A DNA stretch of 25,334 bases from Myxococcota bacterium. GTDB taxonomy: Bacteria > Myxococcota > JACRCW01. The DNA is taken from NCBI GenBank assembly GCA_040752415.1, contig JBFMGU010000157.1, positions 1 through 25,334 on the forward strand, in the 5' to 3' direction. The position numbers were made by a program, and so were the translations under genes. The notes beneath the pieces were generated by a model. The model ran no database searches. It saw only the letters and a list, made by a program, of their open reading frames with translations, and was not told the DNA's origin. Below are positions 20,592 to 25,334 of the stretch, one piece after another (position 1 is the stretch's first letter; every line of letters begins with the position of its first letter).

Positions 20592-22082
20592 TCACTGGCA
20601 CATGGCCGGCGTGTCCAACGAGAGCTGCTCGATGGGCTTGCACACGCCGTCGTCGCAGACGGAGAGCGCGCCGCAGATCTCTTCTGGAGCGCACGGCTGT
20701 CCGTCGGCAATGGGCTGCTCGCAGCGTCCCGGTCCGCCGTCACCCAGGCGACACCACAGCGGCGCCTCGCATCCGTCGGTGCTCCCGCACGGCGCGCCCA
20801 CGCCGCCGCGCTGGCCGCACGTGTAGTTGCCGTTGCCGCGGTGCACGCACACGTCGCCGGCGTCGGCACATGGCTGCTCCGCGTACGCAGTGCAGGGCTC
20901 CCCGGTGCCGGGCGGGTTGGAGGACGGGCCGGTGCCGCAGGTCCCGTCGCTGCCGCCGTCGGGGATGTTGCAGGCGGCGCCCACCTCGCACACCGGGTGC
21001 GCGCCGTAGCTGAATCCGCCGGTGTAGTCGCCGAAGTACTGGTCGTAGTTGAAGCCGTTGGAGCACGCCTGGCCCGCGGTGGCATGGGGACGACAGCGCC
21101 CGTGCGAGAAGTCCGGGTAGCCGGCGTCGGTGGCGGGCACGCAGCTGAGCCCGCGCTGGCAGCTCACGTAGCTCGACGAGCCTCCGGTGTAGCCGCACCC
21201 CTCGCCCAGCACCGGATTGGGCACGCACGTGCCGCGCCCGCCGTCCACGCCATTGCAGCGGAACCCGCACCCGCCCGAGCACAGCTTGAACCCCGCGCCG
21301 CACTCCTCGCCGCCGCCGACGTAGGAGAGACACTTGTGCGAGACCGCGGAGTCGCACACCAGCCCGCTCTTGCAGTCCAGGTAGCGCGAGGAGCCACCGT
21401 CCGGCTCGAAGTAGCAGGTCTCCCCCTCGTCCAGCGGATCCTCGTCGGGGCTCTCCCCCACGCCGCAGGTGCCGCAGCCGCCGTCGGGACGGTTCTCGCA
21501 GTTGCGGCTGCCGCACACCTCGTTGCCCGCGCAGCTGTTGCCCTGGGCCACCTTGCCCTCCAGCACGCTGTTGCAGTCCGAGAGGAACGGGGAGCTGCGC
21601 GGCACCGGCTTGCCGTCCTCACAGGTGGGCGCCGCGAAGGGGTCGTAGCCGTAGAGCTCCACGTAGAGCTCCCGCTGCGAGCGTGTGTCGCACCGGCTCT
21701 CCGTGATGTAGGAGAAGAAGCGGTTGTAGTGGTCCACGCACTCCCCGGAGCCCTCCGCGTGGTACTCCACCAGCCCCTGGCTCTGCCACGTCGCCACCTG
21801 CGCGCCGTACTCGTTGCACAGGCGGTCGTACGCGGCCCGGCAGCGCGCCTCGTCAAACGGTGCGCACGACGGTGAATTGCAGAACGCCCCGCCGTACGCC
21901 GCCTTGCAGAACTCCGCGAAGGTGGCCAGGTCCGGTGAGCCCGACGACGAGCCGCCCCCGCCCGAGCTGCCCCCGCTGCCGCTGGTGGAGCTGCTCCCTC
22001 CACCGGGGTTGCTGCACGCGCCCGAGGTCACCGCCAGGCCCACCGCCAGCACACCGCCCACTGCACGCCACACCGCTCGCAT
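20592..22082 (-). CDS. cysteine-rich secreted lipoprotein of myxobacterial type
   Basis: GGAGG RBS, ATG 22082, signal ending TSGAC, Gly/Ser linker, then repeated G(E/Q/A).C....C..(G/P)L.C....G.C modules. Confidence 0.8.
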   Translation of the reverse strand: MRAVWRAVGGVLAVGLAVTSGACSNPGGGSSSTSGSGGSSGGGGSSSGSPDLATFAEFCKAAYGGAFCNSPSCAPFDEARCRAAYDRLCNEYGAQVATWQSQGLVEYHAEGSGECVDHYNRFFSYITESRCDTRSQRELYVELYGYDPFAAPTCEDGKPVPRSSPFLSDCNSVLEGKVAQGNSCAGNEVCGSRNCENRPDGGCGTCGVGESPDEDPLDEGETCYFEPDGGSSRYLDCKSGLVCDSAVSHKCLSYVGGGEECGAGFKLCSGGCGFRCNGVDGGRGTCVPNPVLGEGCGYTGGSSSYVSCQRGLSCVPATDAGYPDFSHGRCRPHATAGQACSNGFNYDQYFGDYTGGFSYGAHPVCEVGAACNIPDGGSDGTCGTGPSSNPPGTGEPCTAYAEQPCADAGDVCVHRGNGNYTCGQRGGVGAPCGSTDGCEAPLWCRLGDGGPGRCEQPIADGQPCAPEEICGALSVCDDGVCKPIEQLSLDTPAMCQ

Positions 22083-22299
22083 TCCGCCCTCCTGAGGTTG
22101 GTCCGTGTGCGGCCCAGCGTGTCCTCCGCCCCGCGGCGTGGTCAATTCGCGCTCAGGTCGTGAGCTGTGCTTCCGGGGTGGTGGGACCTGTGGCGTTGTG
22201 CCCGACGCACGACGTGACGGCCCGGGTCCCAGCTCAAGGCCGTCCGCCCCGGCGCGGCGCATTGCCTTGACCGCCCATCCCCCCCATCATCCGCCCACC

Positions 22300-24456
22300 A
22301 TGTCCCGCATCCTGCGACGCCTGGGGCGCTACGAGCTGCTGGAGAAGCTCGCCACCGGCGGCATGGCGGAGATCTACCTGGCGGTGGAGCGCGGCGTGCG
22401 CGGGCTGGAGCGCCTGGTGGTGATCAAGCGCATCCTGCCGCACCTGGCCAGCCACGAGAGCTTCGTGGACATGTTCGCGCAGGAGGCGCGCTTCATTGCC
22501 CGGCTGAGCCATCCCAACGTGGTGCAGATCCACGAGTTCAGCCAGGAGGACGGCGAGTACTACATCGCCATGGAGTACATCCCGGGCAGCAGCCTGCGGG
22601 AGGTCACCGTGGCCGCCGCCGCTTCCGGGAAGCCCATCCCCGTCGACGTGGCGGTGAGCATGACGGTGCAGGCGTGCCGGGGCGCGCACGCGGCGCATGA
22701 GCTGAAGGACCCCGCCGGCCAGCCCCTGGGCCTGGTGCACCGCGACATCAGCCCGCACAACCTGATGGTCACCAGTGAAGGCAACGTGAAGCTGCTGGAC
22801 TTTGGCATTGCCAAGGCCGCCCAGGGTGACTTCGAGCAGACCGCCACCGGGACCCTCAAGGGCAAGTACGCGTACATGTCGCCGGAGCAGTGTGAGCACC
22901 GCCCGCTGGATCGTCGCAGCGACGTGTTCGCGCTGGGCATCGTGTTGTGGGAGCTGCTGGCGGGGGAGCGGCTGTTCCGTCGTGAGAGCGAGATGGCCAC
23001 GCTGAACGCCATTGCCCACGAGGACGCGCGCGACATCCTGGACGCCCGCCCCGACGTGCCCCGCCCCGTGGCCACCGCGCTGATGACCAGCCTGCGCCGC
23101 AACCGCGACGAGCGCCCCGCCACCGCGGAGGACCTGCGCAAGGCGCTCAGCGCGGCGTGCGCGGAGCACGGGCTGCAGGTGAGTGAGGACGTGGTGGCGC
23201 CGTGGCTGCGCGAGCTGCTGGGCCCCGCGCACGAGGCGCGCAAGGCCGCGGTGCACGCCGCCATGGAGAGCACGCTGGCGCGCACGCCCTCCGACGCCAT
23301 TGCCGACGTCACCCGCCGCGACCGCACCGAGGCCGCCGCCACCGTGATCCACCCCGACGACGAGGGAGAGGCGCGCACCACGCCGGGCAAGCGTGCTTCC
23401 CCCGCCGGGCTCACCACCGCGGAGGCGCCCCTGCCGGTGAACCCGGAGGCGCAGCAGGCGCGTCGCTCGCGCGGGGGGAGCGGTGGCGCCCCGACGCGGC
23501 GGGTGCCCATCCTGGTGGCGGCGGCGCTGGCGGGCGCGGTGGTGGCGGGCGGGATGTTTGCGTACCTGGTGCCGCCGCCGGAGAAGCCGCTGAGCGGTCC
23601 GCCGCTGACCCTGGGCCTGGCGCCCATCCACGACCCGGTGCTGCTGGCCGAGGAGATGGAGCCGCTCCGGCTCTACCTGCAGCGCTACACCGGCCGCCCG
23701 GTGCAGTTCACCGTCACCGCCGACTACGAGGATCTGTCCCGCAAGGTCATTGCCGGTGAGCTGAAGTTCGGCAGCTTCCCGCCCTACCTCTACGTGATGA
23801 CCCACGCACGCGACCCGCGGGTGCAGGTGCTGGCCTTCAAGCTGTTCGAGGGCAGCACCGGCACCGACGGCGTGATGCTGGTGCCGGAGGACTCCCCCGC
23901 GTCGTCGCTGAAGGACCTCAAGGGGAAACGCTTCTGCTACACCGACCGCAACTCCACCTCCGGCTACGTGCTGCCGCGCGGCAAGCTGCGCCAGGAGGGT
24001 CTGGACCCGGACACCCACCCCGGGGACGTGCACTTCTCCGGCGGGCACCTGCAGCTCCTCAAGGACCTCAACGCCGGCCTGTGCGACGTGGGAGCCACCT
24101 ACAGCGGCGCGTACCTGGCCGCCGACCGCGCCGGGGTGAGCGTGACGCGGATGCGCACCCTGGCCATCACCGGGCGCTCCCCGCAGGACGCCATCTGCGC
24201 CGGCCCCGCCGCCACCCCCGACGAGCGCGCGCTGGTGGGCGCCGCCCTGCTCAAGTTCGACCCCAAGAAGGAGACGGGGGTGGAGACGCTGGGGGCGGTG
24301 CAGCGGATCAGCGGCTTTGCGCCGGGCCGGGACAGTGATTATGAGGCGCTGCGACGCGCGCTTCCCCCCGAGGTGAAGCCCGCGCCCGGGGAGCCGGCGG
24401 GACATGGTGCTCAAGGGTCAGTTTCTGGAGCGGATGACCACCGTCCTCAACGGTGA
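22300..24456 (+). CDS. Hanks-type Ser/Thr protein kinase with a TM helix and a C-terminal phosphate/phosphite/phosphonate-binding (PhnD-like) domain
   Basis: Kinase motifs LATGGMAEIY, VVIKRILP, HPNVV, HRDISPHN, DFGIAK, GKYAYMSPEQ, SDVFALG. TM ILVAAALAGAVVAGGMFAYLV. Then PL..YL...TG.PV, DYEDL, SL.DLKGKRF.Y.D..STSGY.LP and FSGGH. Confidence 0.92.
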   Translation: MSRILRRLGRYELLEKLATGGMAEIYLAVERGVRGLERLVVIKRILPHLASHESFVDMFAQEARFIARLSHPNVVQIHEFSQEDGEYYIAMEYIPGSSLREVTVAAAASGKPIPVDVAVSMTVQACRGAHAAHELKDPAGQPLGLVHRDISPHNLMVTSEGNVKLLDFGIAKAAQGDFEQTATGTLKGKYAYMSPEQCEHRPLDRRSDVFALGIVLWELLAGERLFRRESEMATLNAIAHEDARDILDARPDVPRPVATALMTSLRRNRDERPATAEDLRKALSAACAEHGLQVSEDVVAPWLRELLGPAHEARKAAVHAAMESTLARTPSDAIADVTRRDRTEAAATVIHPDDEGEARTTPGKRASPAGLTTAEAPLPVNPEAQQARRSRGGSGGAPTRRVPILVAAALAGAVVAGGMFAYLVPPPEKPLSGPPLTLGLAPIHDPVLLAEEMEPLRLYLQRYTGRPVQFTVTADYEDLSRKVIAGELKFGSFPPYLYVMTHARDPRVQVLAFKLFEGSTGTDGVMLVPEDSPASSLKDLKGKRFCYTDRNSTSGYVLPRGKLRQEGLDPDTHPGDVHFSGGHLQLLKDLNAGLCDVGATYSGAYLAADRAGVSVTRMRTLAITGRSPQDAICAGPAATPDERALVGAALLKFDPKKETGVETLGAVQRISGFAPGRDSDYEALRRALPPEVKPAPGEPAGHGAQGSVSGADDHRPQR

Positions 24457-25126
24457 CCTGGAGCTGGAAGGCCTCTTCCACGAGGGGCGCGGCCCGAAAG
24501 ACGTGCCCTGCCTGGTGTGCAGCCCGCACCCGGTGTTCGGCGGCAGCATGGACAGCCCCATCTGCGCCGAGCTGGCCTGGGCCATCACCCGCACCGGCAG
24601 CGCCACGCTGCGCTTCAACTACCGCGGCGTGGGGGCCAGCCAGGGGCGGGGGCACCAGACCAGCCCGCAGGCGCTGGAGGAGCTCAGCGACCTGCGCGCC
24701 GCCGCCGCCCAGCTCCGTCGCACCGCGGGCAATGAGCGCGTCAGCCTGGCGGGCTACTCCTTTGGCGCCTGGCTGGCCTCCTACGTGGCGGCGGAGCCGG
24801 AGTTCCCCATCCATCGCCTGGTGCTGGTGGCGCCGCCCATCAACATCATGCCGTTCGACTTCGCGGCCCTCAGCGCGCGCGGCGTGGAGACGGCCATCCT
24901 GGCCGGGCAGCATGACCAGTACCTGGACTGGGACAAGCTGCTGGAGGTGGGCCGGCTGCCCAGGATGCGCGTGGAGAAGATCCCGGATGCGGACCACTTC
25001 TTCATGCGTGGGCTGGCTCAGCTGGGTCGGCTGGCGGCCAACCACGTCTCCGACGGTGCGCTGGGCCACGAGGGCGACCTCGAGCTCCCCGAGGACGACG
25101 GGCCGCCGCTGGAGCTGGACACCTGA
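24404..25126 (+). CDS. alpha/beta fold hydrolase (COG2945-like)
   Basis: LEGLF, CSPHPVFGGSMD, TLRFNYRGVGASQG, GYSFG nucleophile elbow, G.HD and ADHFF; overlaps the kinase 3' end by 53 nt. Confidence 0.88.
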   Translation: MVLKGQFLERMTTVLNGDLELEGLFHEGRGPKDVPCLVCSPHPVFGGSMDSPICAELAWAITRTGSATLRFNYRGVGASQGRGHQTSPQALEELSDLRAAAAQLRRTAGNERVSLAGYSFGAWLASYVAAEPEFPIHRLVLVAPPINIMPFDFAALSARGVETAILAGQHDQYLDWDKLLEVGRLPRMRVEKIPDADHFFMRGLAQLGRLAANHVSDGALGHEGDLELPEDDGPPLELDT

Positions 25127-25186
25127 GGCTGCCCCTGTTGCGCGGGCCAGTTACCACCGTGCGGCGCAAGCGCACGGGAGGGAAAC

Positions 25187-25334
25187 ATGGGCGCGGACAA
25201 GGCGTGGCTCCTGGTGGGTCTGCTCGCGGGTTGTCTTCCCGCCACGCGGGGCGGCGGACCCCTGGCCACGCCACCGCCCGCCACCGCCACCCTCCCGGAC
25301 GAGCGCCAGCCGCCGCCCACGCCCGCCGACGTGC
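25187..25334 (+). CDS. putative lipoprotein, 5' fragment truncated by the window edge
   Basis: GGAGGG RBS and ATG 25187; manual translation gives MGADKAWLLVGLLAGC (LAGC lipobox) followed by a Pro/Thr-rich linker, open to the end of the window. Confidence 0.7.
   Translation, partial: MGADKAWLLVGLLAGCLPATRGGGPLATPPPATATLPDERQPPPTPADV

Overview
High-GC bacterial DNA with gene content typical of Myxococcota (myxobacterial cysteine-rich repeat proteins, a eukaryotic-like Ser/Thr kinase, many lipoproteins); the taxon is inferred from gene content only. About 20 genes: a DUF2214-like/cytochrome c fusion, ppdK, a poly-Ser LamG lipoprotein, an acyl-ACP thioesterase, a Cys-repeat/C-type lectin protein, three tandem paralogous lipoproteins, four GT-C-like membrane glycosyltransferases, a two-gene graspetide-like locus, a large intergenic inverted repeat, a poly-Ser esterase, a Cys-rich lipoprotein, a kinase-PhnD fusion and an alpha/beta hydrolase. 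The main finding is at 16248-18512. A 350-aa protein ends in plesiocin-type TTxxxxEE core repeats separated by poly-Gly linkers and is followed directly by an ATP-grasp ligase. This looks like an omega-ester RiPP (graspetide) system whose precursor is a full-size multidomain protein rather than a short peptide. All family calls come from motif recognition by eye; no searches were run.
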